In this document: positions 1 through 16,543 of the stretch, in pieces
How positions within the stretch are numbered: the first letter of the stretch is position 1
How the letters are laid out: the number at the start of each line of letters is the position of its first letter
Source of the DNA: the human T2T-CHM13v2.0 reference genome, Homo sapiens
Direction: 5' to 3' (one strand)
DNA length: 64,000 nucleotides
NCBI RefSeq assembly: GCF_009914755.1
Contig: NC_060926.1
Position numbers and translations under genes: made by a program
The notes under the pieces: generated by a model
What the model was told of the DNA's origin: nothing
The model's database searches: none
What the model saw: only the letters and a program-made list of their open reading frames with translations

Positions 1-504
1 ATGAAAAATCTTACAAGTGCCGAATCTTCTGTCTGTCTGTATTTATATGTGTTGGGTGTCTGTGTTATGTTTATATATAAAAGAGCTCTGATTAATTGGC
101 TTTGAAAAATAAGCGCTTAAATCAAATATTTTTTCAGAAAAATAGAAAATTTAATGCCTTTTTGTTCATGTGACTTTAGTAGTCTTTTGGAAATAATGAC
201 AGTTTTAAAGATTATTGGTAATGGCTGGGCGCAGTGGCTCACGCCTGTAATCCCAGCACTTTGGGAGGCCGAGGCAGGTGGATCACCTGAGGTCGTTGTG
301 GTGGGTGCCTGTAACCCCAGCTATTCAGGAAGCTGAGGCAGGGGAATCACTTGAACCCCGGAGGCAGAGGTTGCAGTGAGCCGAGATTCCATCGCAGGAC
401 TTGGTCTCAAAAAAAAAAAAAAAAAAAAAAAGGCTTGAAAATGTAGACATTTGGTCTAAATTAAGGTCAGATATCAGATTTGCTATATGCTTTAAGGTCA
501 AACT
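1..504 (+). mobile_element. ERV1 (MER4/HUERS-group) internal fragment, interrupted by an Alu
   Basis: AT-rich sequence resembling recalled MER4-group internal consensus (gtagacatttggtctaaattaaggtcagatatcagatttgct); adjoins LTR8 sequence. Confidence 0.6.
223..431 (+). mobile_element. AluS with two internal deletions
   Basis: ggctgggcgcagtggctcacgcctgtaatcccagc start and poly(A) tail; lacks end of left arm/linker and part of right arm. Confidence 0.92.
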
Positions 505-1314
<810 letters not shown>

Positions 1315-1339
1315 CTATTCATATTTCAAATATTTATGT

Positions 1340-1620
1340 TCTCTTACCTAGCAATTCCACTTCTAGGAATTTATTGTAGGGAAATGGATATGTGCTACAA
1401 GGTTGTTTCTTGTAAAGTTGTTTACAATATTGAATAATGGAAATAAATGTCAGTCAATAAAGGATTAGTTAAATCACAGTAGGATCTATCCAAACATAGA
1501 AATAGTCTACAAGTCTTTCCATGGAAATCTTACTGTATTTACATGGAGAACTATCTAAAAACAACAACAACAGTGCAGTTCAAGTATGGTGTTTATGGTA
1601 TGGATCTACATATGTTTACC
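1340..1620 (+). mobile_element. Old L1 (L1M) 3' fragment
   Basis: cctagcaattccacttctaggaatttat motif typical of the L1 ORF2 end/3'UTR. Confidence 0.55.
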
Positions 1621-1635
1621 AAAACATAGGGGGTA

Positions 1636-2008
1636 TGCTATGATATGAATGTTTGCATCCCCCTAAAATTCATATGTTGAAACCTAATCACCAATGTTAT
1701 GATATTAGGAGGTAGGGCCTTTGGGAGATTGGAGGGGGTGGTCAAGAGGGAGAGTGGAGCCCTCATGAGTGGGATTAGTGCCCTTATAAATCAGGCTCCA
1801 GAGAGCTGCCTTGACCTTTCTCCATGTGAGGACATACGGAGAAGCTGCCCTTTCTATGAACCAGGAGGCAGGCCCTTACCAAACACTGAATCTGCCAAAA
1901 CCTTGATCTTGGACTTCCCAGCCTTCAGAACTGTGAGAAATAAATGTTTGTTGTTTATAAGACACCCATTTATAGTATTTTGTTATAGCAGCCCAAATTT
2001 ACTAAGGG
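1636..2008 (+). mobile_element. MLT1A0-like MaLR solo LTR
   Basis: tgctatg...aaattcatatgttgaa...ttgatcttggacttcccagcc...gttatagcagccc. Confidence 0.85.
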
Positions 2009-3493
2009 TATAAGAGTAGAGGTACCAACTTTTAGTTTCCTGAAATAAGTGAATTCTTTTTGGCCATTACATATTATCAGTCCAATAGCAAAAAAGACAT
2101 ATATACTCTGGAAATAAGTGTGAAAATAGTTAAATTTGTGTTCATGTGTGTAATACATTTGCTATTAAATAAGCCATTTGACATACATTTTCACAGTTTA
2201 ATTTGGCATTGACGAATTAAATCTTATGGTTCACCTTTGTTTAATTTGTCCTGTGGGCTGATTTATATTAATACGTTAGTACCATAAATAAAATCTGGTC
2301 TGTGTTCTGGAGAAGATTCAACTCTGTGATACAAGACATAGGATCATAGTATCTTTTAACAAAACAGGCTAAAATAGGTGTGGTTTGAAGTAAAGGTCAG
2401 TCCTTCAAGCTTCTCCTTCACAATCACCTAAAGAAAACTGAAAAGAGGGCATTTAGAGCTTGATTCCTACCATGATGGAAAGGCAGAAAGAATTTGTAAA
2501 TTTCTTTCTTATAAGTAAATATTTAAGAAATTTACACATCAAATACCCTGGGAGAAATCAATGTGACTCTAAACACCTGTTTCGCACAGTATGTTACAAA
2601 CACATTTGCTTGAGGGATTTATGATATTTGTTGATAGATGCTAAAATCCAAAGCATATTTCTGTACATAGATCAATCGAATTTAGGATGAAAATGAGTAA
2701 ATATATCAGCTCATGTATCAAACTTTTATGAATAAATTGGAGCCACTCTTGGGGGGACAGATAAGAAAAAGTCAGCCCCTCAAAAGGCAATTATTTTTCG
2801 AGCTTCTTCAGCATTGGCAGCAGGAGAAAAGCTGTGCTAGAAAGTAGTACCACCTTGCAGTTATTTCAAAAAGGAGCAAAAGTAGCATATTCTACTTGTA
2901 GCATGACCTAAATTCTAGGTCATGTAGATATCCACAAAAAACGATGCATTTAAATGAACCTGAATTGAGAGGTTACTGACAAATTGGTAATTAGACATTG
3001 TTTGGAACCAATGACTATTCATGACAATAAAAATAGGGTGTGTGTTTGTAAGAAGGAGAGAAACACTTGGATATGAAGCACGGGACATTAACTGCCTGAA
3101 AAATAGAAAATAAGGAGGCTATCTGGGAGTTAAGCACTGAACTTTTATTTACTATAAGAAACTCTGGTTCCTTTGAGTCTTTCTGTAAAGATTAAAGGCT
3201 TTTCTTAAAATTCAAAACAATTCTAAATTTTTATATGGACAGTGTTTAGAATTGTATTATTTGTTTCAACAGGTTACCATCTGCCCCTATCATATCCTTT
3301 GACTGGGCAGTATGTTGCAGCATCATATTCTTATTCCTTGAGATCAGATGTTTTTAAACTTAGACTGTGAGGCAGGAGAAGCATTTGCATGGCAGGGGAT
3401 CCTAGGCTCAAGGGACGGCCGAGGGGTTGGGCATCTCACTGGCAGTGTTGCTGCTTCTTCTCCCTAGCATTTACCTGCTCTCCTTCTTCACTG

Positions 3494-3805
<312 letters not shown>

Positions 3806-3831
3806 ATTCACTGTTATTTTGACCTTGAGAA

Positions 3832-4198
3832 CTGTGGTTAGCAACTTTGGCCGCACATTGGCATCACCTGGGGAGTTTAAAATAGTGATGTCTGAATCTC
3901 AGTGCCAGGAAGTCTGACTTAATTGGCCTCGGTGTGGCTTGGACATCAAGGCTCCTACATGTGCTCAGGTGATGCTCACCTACAGCTAATGTTGAGAGCC
4001 ACTACTCTGGTCTGCAAGTTTCGGAGCATGATCCCCAGACAGGCAGCAGGGCGACACCATGGAACATGTTAGAAATGCACCTTCTTAGTCTCTGCCCCTA
4101 GACCTACTGCGTCAGAAACCCTGGGGTGGGGCCCAGCCATCTGTGTGTTAACAACCCCTCCAGGTGATTCTGATGCACACTCGGAATGAGAACCACAG
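3832..4198. mobile_element. Two adjacent MER5-family (hAT-Charlie) elements
   Basis: catcacctgggg...gttgagagccact and acaacccctccaggtgattctgatgcac...gagaaccac motifs. Confidence 0.7.
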
Positions 4199-4781
4199 CT
4201 TAGAGGAATGAGCCTTTTACTGGTAAGAGTGAAGCAAGGGTGAGTGGGAGAAGGCGGCAATTGTTCACCTATTTTTAAATCTTCCAAACAAGGGGATTTG
4301 AAGGCTTTTTCCCTGTGTTATGTTCCTTCACAGGTTTTACTGTATAACTGATGACATCACGTCAAATATGTCCATTATGAATGAGTTTCCTGATTCTTCC
4401 TCCAAATCAATATTTTTAGGCTTGTCAGCTATTGGGGAGTAGACACTAGTGAAAATGGTGTCATTAGCTATACACAGTAGATGGTATTCTGTATCATCTG
4501 ACAGTGTTGTGAAGGTGAAATGAATCGGAAAGGAACTGTTGTCAAGCAACTTAGGTTCTTTTTTTTAAGGTTCCGTAATTTTTTATGATTACTGTAACTG
4601 TAGATCTAGTTAAGACTTCTAGTCAAAGAAATTGTTTAATAAATATAAATCCCAAGGGAACACTAAAGATGCCATCTCTTATGTGTTAGAATCTCCAAAT
4701 GAGATTTCTTCAGTTAATAGCACTGTTTGTCTCTAAATTATTTTCCTTTCTATATCTTCTACATATTGTATTATTTCCCTA

Positions 4782-5225
4782 TTGCTGGTGTATGGTAAAT
4801 GCACTTGATAGCAATAGCTTAAGCATTTCCTGAGAATGACCCTGTATGGCAATGCACCTGAATGTGTGTTTGGAGTTCCAAGCTAAGGGATCAGGGATTG
4901 GCCTACTGGGAGATTCACTCCTTCTCAATAAGAAATATCTGAGCACCCCCCTCTCTGCTCTGCACCCACCCCAGGCCATGGAATGCAAGCCATACAGGGG
5001 ATTGTTTTGGGTTAAGTGAAGGTTGCCAGGTGGAGAAAAATGCTATGTAAACTGCATTCCTTTTGCAAGCAGTTGCGGGTCTGTTCAGCCCACCGCCACT
5101 GGACTCTTTATTCTGTATGTAAGGCCCCAGTAAGACCCCATGTCTCCTTTGCTGGCTCTGGGTCTCTTCTTGGGCCTCTTGAACCTGGTACCTTCCCCAC
5201 TGGAGTCAATAGGGTTTGGAACAAC
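4782..5225 (+). mobile_element. ERV solo LTR (LTR47-like; subfamily uncertain)
   Basis: ggtaaatgcacttgatagcaatagcttaagc...gagaatgaccctgtatggc; ends ...ggaacaaca. Confidence 0.6.
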
Positions 5226-5229
5226 AGCT

Positions 5230-5932
<703 letters not shown>

Positions 5933-6070
5933 TGTATAAAGAGACAAATGGAATGTTCTCTGAGAGACTCTTGAGGACTAGACTGTAATGGACAGTTAAA
6001 GTATCTCCTTAGAGGGCTTGACAAAGCGGTACACTTCAAATTGTTGTGTGCTTAAAAATCTCCAGGGGGT

Positions 6071-6521
<451 letters not shown>

Positions 6522-6639
6522 CTAGCAGTGCTGCCATAGGTGACTCAGTTCAGGTGGGCCCTAGAGCATACCTACAGAAGATGACGGGAGGGCAGTGATG
6601 AAAAAAACCACAGAACCCACACAACTGTACAGCAGTAGC

Positions 6640-6801
6640 ATGATTAACTCAGGGTGGACATCAGAGTTACTGGGGGGAATTAACAAAATACCGCTTTCCT
6701 GAGCCTCACTCCCAGAGACTGTGATTCCAGAGGCCTGGGGAGGGACAAGGCTTGTGTTGGTGAAAAAATCCTCCCAGGGGATTCTGACTAAGCACCACTG
6801 C
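6640..6801 (-). mobile_element. MER5-family fragment
   Basis: catcagagttactgggg...cctcccaggggattctgact...accactg. Confidence 0.55.
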
Positions 6802-7015
6802 CCCAACCTCCATAGCAGCCTCAGGATCTTGGTGGTCCTACCTGATCCAGCTGTGCCCAGGCAACTCTCTTGTATTCAAAAAACTATGAACAAATATTCC
6901 ATTTTTGGTGACCAATTAAACTATAGATCATAATAAATCTTCATTTTTGTATCTCTAATTCTTTTTTCAGAGGCTGGCACACAGTGGGCACCCAGCAAAT
7001 GTTTTTGGAATGAGT

Positions 7016-7185
7016 CAGTGGTTCTCGGACTTTACTCTGCAACAGAATCACCTGGAGGGCTTGTTTCAACACAGATGCTGGGTCCCGTCCCTAGAATTTC
7101 TGACTCATTTGGACTGAGTGAGGCCTGGGATGTGCAATTCTAACAAGTCTCTGGGTGCTGCTGGTTCAGGATATCCCATTTTGAG
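7016..7185 (+). mobile_element. MER5A
   Basis: cagtggttctc...agaatcacctggagggcttgtt...ttctaacaag. Confidence 0.8.
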
Positions 7186-7233
7186 ATTCCTGGAATAAAT
7201 AAAGTTTGAATTGTGAAAGTTCTAATTCTTTGA

Positions 7234-7564
<331 letters not shown>

Positions 7565-7685
7565 AAAAAATGGAAATGTTTCTATGTGGTCACGGGATTT
7601 AAAACTTTCCCCCAGTTTTTGAGTTGCCCTTACTTTTTCATCATTTCTATTTTTTTCCTTTAAAAATTTTATCTTCCTGCAGTAA

Positions 7686-7770
7686 ACCACCATGGCACAT
7701 GTATACCTATGTAACAAATCTGCACATTCTGCACATGTACCCCAGAACTTAAAGTATAATAACAAAACGA
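7686..7770 (+). mobile_element. L1PA extreme 3' end (about 85 bp)
   Basis: accatggcacatgtatacctatgtaacaaatctgcac...cccagaacttaaagtataataa; flanking tttatcttc repeat. Confidence 0.88.
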
Positions 7771-8834
7771 AATTTATCTTCTAGAAATTGAAACAGAAAA
7801 TCATGTTTTTCCTGTAATAGCTGTCCTATAATGCTTTATTGCTTTTTTCTTCTCTATATGTGAATTCTCTAGAGACAAAACAACTGAAAATATTGGGGGC
7901 AGTTCTTGTTGATAAAGAATGTTTTCAGACTCATACTTAGCATTGTGGAGATATAACCTAACAGTAAATTATTTTCTCTTAACCTGAAGCTTACAATTTG
8001 ATTTGCATTTTTGATTTTTTGGTTACTTAATTTTCTTTGTTATACTCCTTAAAGTGAGTAAAAATATTAAAAATAAAGGAAGATAGTCACAGATACATTA
8101 TGACCTCAGCACAATTAAGAAAAGTAAGTACTACTAAGTAATCTGTCCAATTTGCCTGAGACTTGGTAGTGGACACTTTTTTTTATTATAGAAATATGAA
8201 ATTCATCCACTATATATTTTCAGAAAATGTATTTCTTTGGAAGACTAGCTGGTGCCCCCTCTCCCCACTATATTTATCCAGTAGAGATCATACATAGAGA
8301 TTGATAGCCCTTATATGTATTTTTTTCAATCTAAGAAATTCTTAAGATTTAAGGATAGCTTTTCTTATTCACACAAAATTTTAGCAGTGCCCTTTCCTCA
8401 GAAAGAACTCCCTAAAGTTTGGATCAACATTGCAGACAGCCTTATGCCTTTGAATCGAAGTAATAAAATGTATTGATTTTATTTATTGTGCTCCCATGAA
8501 AAGGCTGTATAACTGGATTGATGGAATAGAAGATTACTGGAAATATTTATATAGGGCTGGGAAACTTTAATCTTGTACACAGTGCCGAATTGGACTATAT
8601 TGCTGGGCTGAAAGGAGGCATCTTGTAAGAAAGAGCTCTTCGTAATGAACTACTCTTGCATAGTTATTCATCATAAATAACATTTTTATTGAGTGCTTAC
8701 CATGTGTGCAGCACTGTATTAGATCTTTTTCTAACGTGTAAGTCTTCTTTTTTGGCCTGTTATGTACTTTTAAAGATATGAATTGGTAAAAAAATTATCA
8801 TTACCCCATATAATTCAAGATAAAACACTTATTA

Positions 8835-9160
8835 AGGTATTATTTGCTTACAATGATGTACATAGATCATAAATGTACGATTAGATCTATTTTTGACAAA
8901 GACATGCACTCCTGTAATATACACCATTGTCAATCAAGACAGATATTTTCATCTCCCAGAAAATTCCCCCAAACTCCTTTCTCATCAGACACTCTCCCTT
9001 CCTCAAATAACCACTGATCTGTTTTCTCTCTGTATGCACTCCTTTGTGTCCGGCTTCTTCGGCTCAGTGTAATGCTTTTGAAATTCAATCCTGTTGTGTG
9101 TATCAGTGGTTCATTCCTTTTTACTGCTGAGTAGTATTCCAATGTACAAGGTACATACAA
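8835..9160 (-). mobile_element. Old L1 (L1M) 3' fragment
   Basis: gttcattcctttttactgctgagtagtattcc motif. Confidence 0.7.
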
Positions 9161-10693
9161 ATTTGCTACGTACCACTGAGGTTGCCCCAGTTGAGTGAGA
9201 GCGTAGACAGGATCTAAGAGTTATCCTTTAGCTGTTTTCTCCACTCGTCATACTTTAAGACTTAATGTTCAAGCCATTGTTCCTTGAGGGACAAACCTTG
9301 GACTTCCTTCATTAGTACCACTAGAGCCCCACTACTAGATCTGATCTTATTAGATCAGAATTTAAATACAAGAGAGAGGACCTGCTATTTCTAGCAACCT
9401 CCCTCTTTAGGATGCTTCTGAACATTATTAATTGACACTATTTTTTAAGCAAATTTTTATGAATATAAAGGGTTAAGGAAAGGGCTAGAAAAATGGGAAA
9501 CAAAATGTCCACATTGCTCCCAGTAATTAATGTTGATGCATTACAACGTGGGGGCAGACTGTGTGAGGTGAAGCAGCAGGCTCCTAGGGGCCAGGCTTAA
9601 TTAATTAGAGATAGAGAATCAAACTTGAGCAAGTTTCTTCACCTCTCTGAGCCTGAAAAGAAGGGTGTGGGCAAAACAGAAGGGGAGAAGGTGAGAAGAG
9701 AAGAAAACAAGCCTCTGTCAGCTCATGGTGTCTCAAAGAGGCAGAAACATTTCAGATTACCTAAAGAAAACCAAAGCCTTCCTTGCTTTTCCTGATCACT
9801 CTTCCCACCTGCTATTTCCTGAGGGCTGCAAGCCTCACCTGTTATTTTCCACGTTGCTGCCTCCCAGCAGAAATGGGAGTACGGTTCAAAATTAAAAGAG
9901 CAGCATATCAGTGCTTCTGAATCACAGGCTGAAAAAAACACAGTCCAAAGAAACGGGATCTTTTTTCTCATGTGTGGCGATAAGGTGCTTAAATGTCAAC
10001 TTGAGAAGAACATGATAGATAATAGCAATGAGCCCTGTGATGCACCCCAAAATGTCAGGCTGGTGCCACATGCTGTCCAGAAAAATATTTTGGATGATCT
10101 AGGGGTGGGGATGGGAGTATATGCTTTTTATTTATGCAGTTTATTCTATCTTTAAGTGTCAAACTGCAACGAAACATTTTCATCACTGTGGTGAAATGTC
10201 TGGCTATCTCATGGTTGCAGTCGCTGCACAGACACTGTGCACAGATAAACACGCATCTCGTATTTCATCTGTGTTTGTTCAGCATGTCTTCAGGCATATC
10301 TCCTGGGCTGCCACCATCACCCGACCATCCCGAAGGGTGGGACTCAGAGTTTCTCGGGATACCTGTCAACAGGCCAACATATCCCCACACACTGCTCACC
10401 TTAGCCCGTCTTCTCTTCTCAGGGTTTTTGGGGAGAGGGGAGATAAGGTAAATGAAGCCATCTTGACCATCGTCCTGGCCAGACCTTTTCTTTTCCTCAA
10501 AGGAAAGGCTTCTACCTGCAGTTAGTCAGGTCCACTGGGTATTTTAGAATATAGGTTATATTACATATCATTAATGGAATAAAATCTGACAAAAACACAA
10601 ATTTTTGTTAGTAGTAATATTAGTATCTATATATTTTAATAGACCATATTATATTTATATTTTGAGACTTATGTATACAATACTTATAAATAA

Positions 10694-11058
<365 letters not shown>

Positions 11059-11234
11059 ACGAGTATAAAATTTAAAAGAAAAACTTGGGTTTTTTTTATT
11101 AAATTTGAAAGTGAACTATTTGAATATTTGAAATTGAAACTTGAATTTGACATATAAAATATTCAAACATATTTGAATATTTGAATTTGGGATATAAATA
11201 TAAGTTCATAATGTCTTTAAAATGTTTTTTAAAA

Positions 11235-12130
11235 AATCCAGAAGCAATGAGAACCCAGTAACATGAGAGTGTTAACACCTACATGATGGGCTCTGAATGC
11301 TATTCTCTACTTAGCACAAGTAGTTCTTGGAGGAATAACTGGTTCCAGGGGTGAGGTGGGAAATGACAAACTGAGAATGAATCACCTTATTATGCTGGAA
11401 AGTAAGGAAGCTGACCACTGGCCAATGGTGGACAATTTTACCATCAAAAAGAAAAATGATGGCAATTTATTGAAACTCATTAATTAAATAAAAATTCATG
11501 AATTTATAATATCCCAAAGAGAAAGCCAAAGTAACAAACACAACTCATTTGTCACAGCTGGAGGTAGTCCATCAACTTCGTACTCTAAAAATTAATAATT
11601 AAGAGGAAAGAATTAGGTCTTGATCTGCATTTTCTGTGAAAATTCTATTTTTAAGTCACAAAATAGTTGATGAGAGAGAGAGCTGTTCGGACAGAAATAT
11701 TCTGATAAATGTAGAAAGAATGATAGAAAAATCAACATTTTACAACATGTAGCGAAATCACTATTTTAGGAAATGAATATCAATGGATGCTGAGACTAAA
11801 AATTAAAATATTAATGAGGAGCTGGACATTCCGAGGGTGCCAAAGGGTCACACAACTACTTTACAACCAGGGATCAGGCAGTCACCACCTGAATCTATTG
11901 ATGAGTCTTAGCACCATTGTAAGCAGGGCAAATGGGTATTATTTACTTTCTGATGGGATGTAATATGAAGCACATAGTACCACCTGTGAAGCATCCATGC
12001 CACAAATTTTAGCCCTGAATCTAACCAAGCCTTCATATGTAACTTATAGGTTATAGGACATGGAAACAGATTGAAAAAAATCTGCAGAATCCAGAATTTT
12101 CTGGTACAACTACCCAGTCTGTTTAAAAAA
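11235..12130 (+). mobile_element. L1MC-like 3'UTR fragment
   Basis: aatccagaagcaatg...ggttccagggg...tgaatctaaccaagcc motifs recalled from L1MC 3' ends. Confidence 0.55.
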
Positions 12131-12489
12131 GCCACTGCTTGAATAAACGGCAGTTGGGAACATGACCATGCCTCGTGGTTATCACGAAGCATGATGACCT
12201 CTTTTGTCTCATGACAAAAAACACTTAAGAGCAACCTCAACTACAGCAGAAGAAACCTTCTACTTTCCTGGTTATTTCTGTATCTTGAATGTTCACATGT
12301 GCATATGCATTCTAGCAAAAGAGTGTGGTTAGTAAGTTGAGTGCTTAGTGTTTCTACTGACGTCTTGTGAAGAATGCAGCTGGCTTCTGATTCCTGCACT
12401 CCTTCCCAAACTCTCTGCCCTCTCCTTCTCACCTTCATTGAAGTTCATGAAACTAGTAGCAAGTATAGGGGTATAAACAGAAATAGTTC

Positions 12490-13034
12490 TGTCAGAGGTG
12501 TTTGAACCAGAGCAACTCCATCTTGAATAGGGGTTGGGTAAAATACGGCTGAGACCTACTGGGCTGCATTCCCAGACACTGAAGGCATTCTAAGTCACAG
12601 GATGAGATAGGAGGTCAGCACAAGATACAGGTCATAAAGACGTTGCTGATAAAACCGTTTACAATAAAGAATCTGGTCAAAACCCACAAAAACCAAGATG
12701 GCCACGAGAGTGACGTCTGTTCGTCCTCACTGCTACACTCCCACCAGTGCCATGGCAGTTTACAAATGCCATGGCAACATCAGGAAGTTACCCTATATGG
12801 TCTAAAAAGGGGAGACATGAATAATCCACCCCTTGTTTAGCATATCATCAAGAAATAACCATAAAAATGGGCAACCAGCAGCCCTTAGGGCTGCTCTATG
12901 GAGTAGTCATTCTTTTATTCCTTTACTTTCTTAACAAACTTGCTTTCACTTTATGGACTCACCCTGAATTCTTTCTTGCACAAGATCCAAGAACCTTTTC
13001 TTGGGTTCTGGATCAGGACCCCTTTCCAGTAACA
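12490..13034 (+). mobile_element. MER41A solo LTR (ERV1), full length
   Basis: TG...CA termini (tgtcagagg...ccagtaaca), 4-bp TSD gttc; lacks the MER41B GAS-containing segment. Confidence 0.88.
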
Positions 13035-13749
13035 GTTCTAACTCAAAATAGAGCTTGTCTGAGGTAGTCACATATTCTGGGCATCACAGAGTCTAATAAT
13101 GTTTGTGAGTAATAACAATAGTTGCATATGCTGAGATAAAAGTAATCAAATCTCATCCTCTATGATGGAAATCCGTAGCTGCACTGTGCAGGATTGTGCT
13201 TCAGGGGTCTAAAAATTTCACCCTAACTGTATGCAGAATACTAATACTTGATTAGAGCTCTCTTTCTATCAAATGTAGGTAGTTCTAATGGGAATAGTTG
13301 CCCAACATATAATACAATCCTACTTAATCAGCACCCCCCGGCCCCTGTTTAAAATCTGGAACATTTATATATGTGTGTGTGTGTATCCATCCAGGTTCAT
13401 TTAAGTATTATAGTCACACTGTCAGAATTATTCTGATTTCTTTAAAATTTTAATTGGCTGAGTTTCTTAGTGAATCATAGCTAGATGAGGAGCAATTCCA
13501 AGTAAGTGGCAGAGATTAAATATCCTGAAACCTTAGGAGGAATATTAGTGTATAAAATAAATTTCATTATGTAACAGCCTATAATCTACCTAGATCAGTG
13601 ATTGTTTCTTCTCCTTCTCTCATTCCCTCTTCCTCCCTCTCCTCTGCCCCAGATCCCTTTGAGAATCTTATTAATGTCAGGGTTCCCTTGTGAAAAAGAT
13701 GTAAACATCTTTTTCCATAACTTCAGAGGGCTCCTGTCAACTCCCCCAC

Positions 13750-14322
13750 TGTGGCAGATTGGATTGTACCTTCTGAAGACGGCCAAAATAACAGCTCCCA
13801 TCCCGCATGCTCTTCTGCCATGGGACTTGCTGCTCTCCCACCGAGAGGTAGAGTCTAATTTTTTTTCCTCTTGCTTCTGGGCATTCCTGAATGATTTGCT
13901 GAACTGAATGATTTGCAGTAGAAGAAATTTTCTAGGACCTTCAAGGTTAGATCATAAGAAGCCTTGTGGCTTCTACCCGGGAGTTTTGGAGTGCTTACTC
14001 TTGGGACATACCCTCTTACAACACAGCTGCCATCCTGTTAGGGTCACAAGCTGCAAAGAGAGATCACATGTGGCCCCTCAGGTTGGCACACTCAGAGCTC
14101 ATAGCCAACAACTAACATCCATTGCCAGCCGTGGGAGGGAGCCATCCTGGTCATTCATCCAGTGAGGTCATCCCTTTGACCTCAGACAACATCTGACTAC
14201 AGCTGCGTAGAAGAGCCCATTCTAGCCCAGCTGACCCACACAAGGAAGAGCAGTAATAATAAATGGTTGTTTTCAGCCACTGAGTTTTGGGGTGATTTGT
14301 TACATAGCAAATATAACAAACT
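13750..14322 (+). mobile_element. MLT1 (G-like) MaLR LTR
   Basis: tgtggcagatt...aataaatggttgttttcagccactgagttttggggtgatttgttacatagcaa. Confidence 0.8.
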
Positions 14323-14857
14323 GTAACAGCCACCCACCCCTGTTGAGAACCACTGCTCTTAATGATTTATTGAGAAAAGGAAAGAAGTAACATTCATAAA
14401 GTTCTGCTAAAAATTATAAAGCCCTACAACACTAGCTGTATATTTGTGCATCTTATAGAAGTCACTAGCTAAGTTTGTACAACACTGAGAGAGCTTCTGA
14501 TTTGAGGGGATTTGCCTTTTTATTTCATTTACAAATCAATCAGAGTAAAACCTGCGGTTTAGAAACTGTTCTCCTACTTCCACAAGTAAGTCTTTATAAC
14601 ATCTGAGTAGTGTTCTACATTGGATTTGGGTGATTCTTACATTAAATATTGCAGAATGCAGCAATATATCTCTTTTCCCCTCTTTTTTCCTCCCTTCTCT
14701 TTTTCCCTCTCTTCTCTCTGTTCCCCTCTTGTCCCCTCCTCTCCCTGTTTATATACACATATAAACCACATACATTACTATATTACTTTTGCTCTATGTG
14801 GTCAATATTGCAAATCCCCTTATCCCCAACCGACTGCCTAACATTGACTACCTTGAT

Positions 14858-14858
14858 T

Positions 14859-14902
<44 letters not shown>

Positions 14903-15143
14903 GACAGAGTCTCGCTGTGTCACCCAGGCTGGAGTGCAGTGGCACTATCTCAGCTCACTGCAACCTCTGCCTCCCAGGTTCAAGCTATTCTTCTGCCACC
15001 ATGCCCGGCTAATTTTTTGTATTTTTAGTAGAGACGGGGTTTCACCATATTGGCCAGGCTGCTCTTGAACTCCTGACCTTGAGATCCATCCGCCTTGGCC
15101 TCCCAAAGTGCTGGGATTACAGGCATGAGCCACTTGCCCGGCC
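14858..15143 (-). mobile_element. AluS with internal deletion, (TTTA)n tail
   Basis: Antisense Alu; ttctgcc joined directly to accatgcccggc. Confidence 0.93.
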
Positions 15144-15199
15144 AACTATTTTGATTTTAATACCAGATAACATTAAGAAAAATCTTTTGAAAACAATAT

Positions 15200-15930
<731 letters not shown>

Positions 15931-15979
15931 ATTTTGGTATTATACTGACTACTTTGCAATATTAACAATTTTAACAACG

Positions 15980-16180
15980 TTTTATTTAGGTTGAAATTTG
16001 CTAAGACAGTAGAAAACAACTGCTCCTCCTCACACGTAATTATATGTGGTGATGGATGTGTTAATTAATTTGATTGTTGTAATCATTTGACAATGTATTC
16101 ACACATCAAATCACATTGTACATTTAAAATATATACAGTTTTTGTCAAATACTTTATATTTAAGAAAAATTCATAAAATA
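15980..16180 (+). mobile_element. L1MA-like 3' end
   Basis: ttgaaatttgctaag...ggtgatggatgtgttaattaatttgattgt. Confidence 0.65.
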
Positions 16181-16543
16181 AGATAGACTATACTATTGGA
16201 ACTTATTATTTCTAAAAGTATTTTTCTCTGTATATGAAGAAATAATTGAGTAAACTTTCAATGCACCCATGTCCTCATCTACAAAACTTAGTTTTGCAAG
16301 GAATTCTGTCTTACTTACTATATGTGAATAACTTCTTCTTGGCACCATGCCTCCTATGATTTGTGGCGTAGGACTTGTGTTACCATATATATTATTTTTC
16401 AAAGATTTCAAAATAGTTTTTACATGTATGTATTCTATATCCTCAATGATATTGTAAATTCCTTGGTTATTGCATTTTCTTTCTATTGTACCATCTTCTG
16501 TGATGAATAAACATCAAGTGCTTTGCTGGTTGATGGTATAATT

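Noticed and set aside
4337-4549. 70-aa minus-strand ORF with protein-like composition (…DKPKNIDLEEESGNSF…)
   Set aside because: Non-ATG start, no polypyrimidine acceptor upstream on the minus strand, and no family I recognise. A translated database search would be needed to revive it.
10121-10525. Overlapping 134-aa and 105-aa ORFs
   Set aside because: No recognisable domain; lengths are compatible with chance in a locally GC-richer patch
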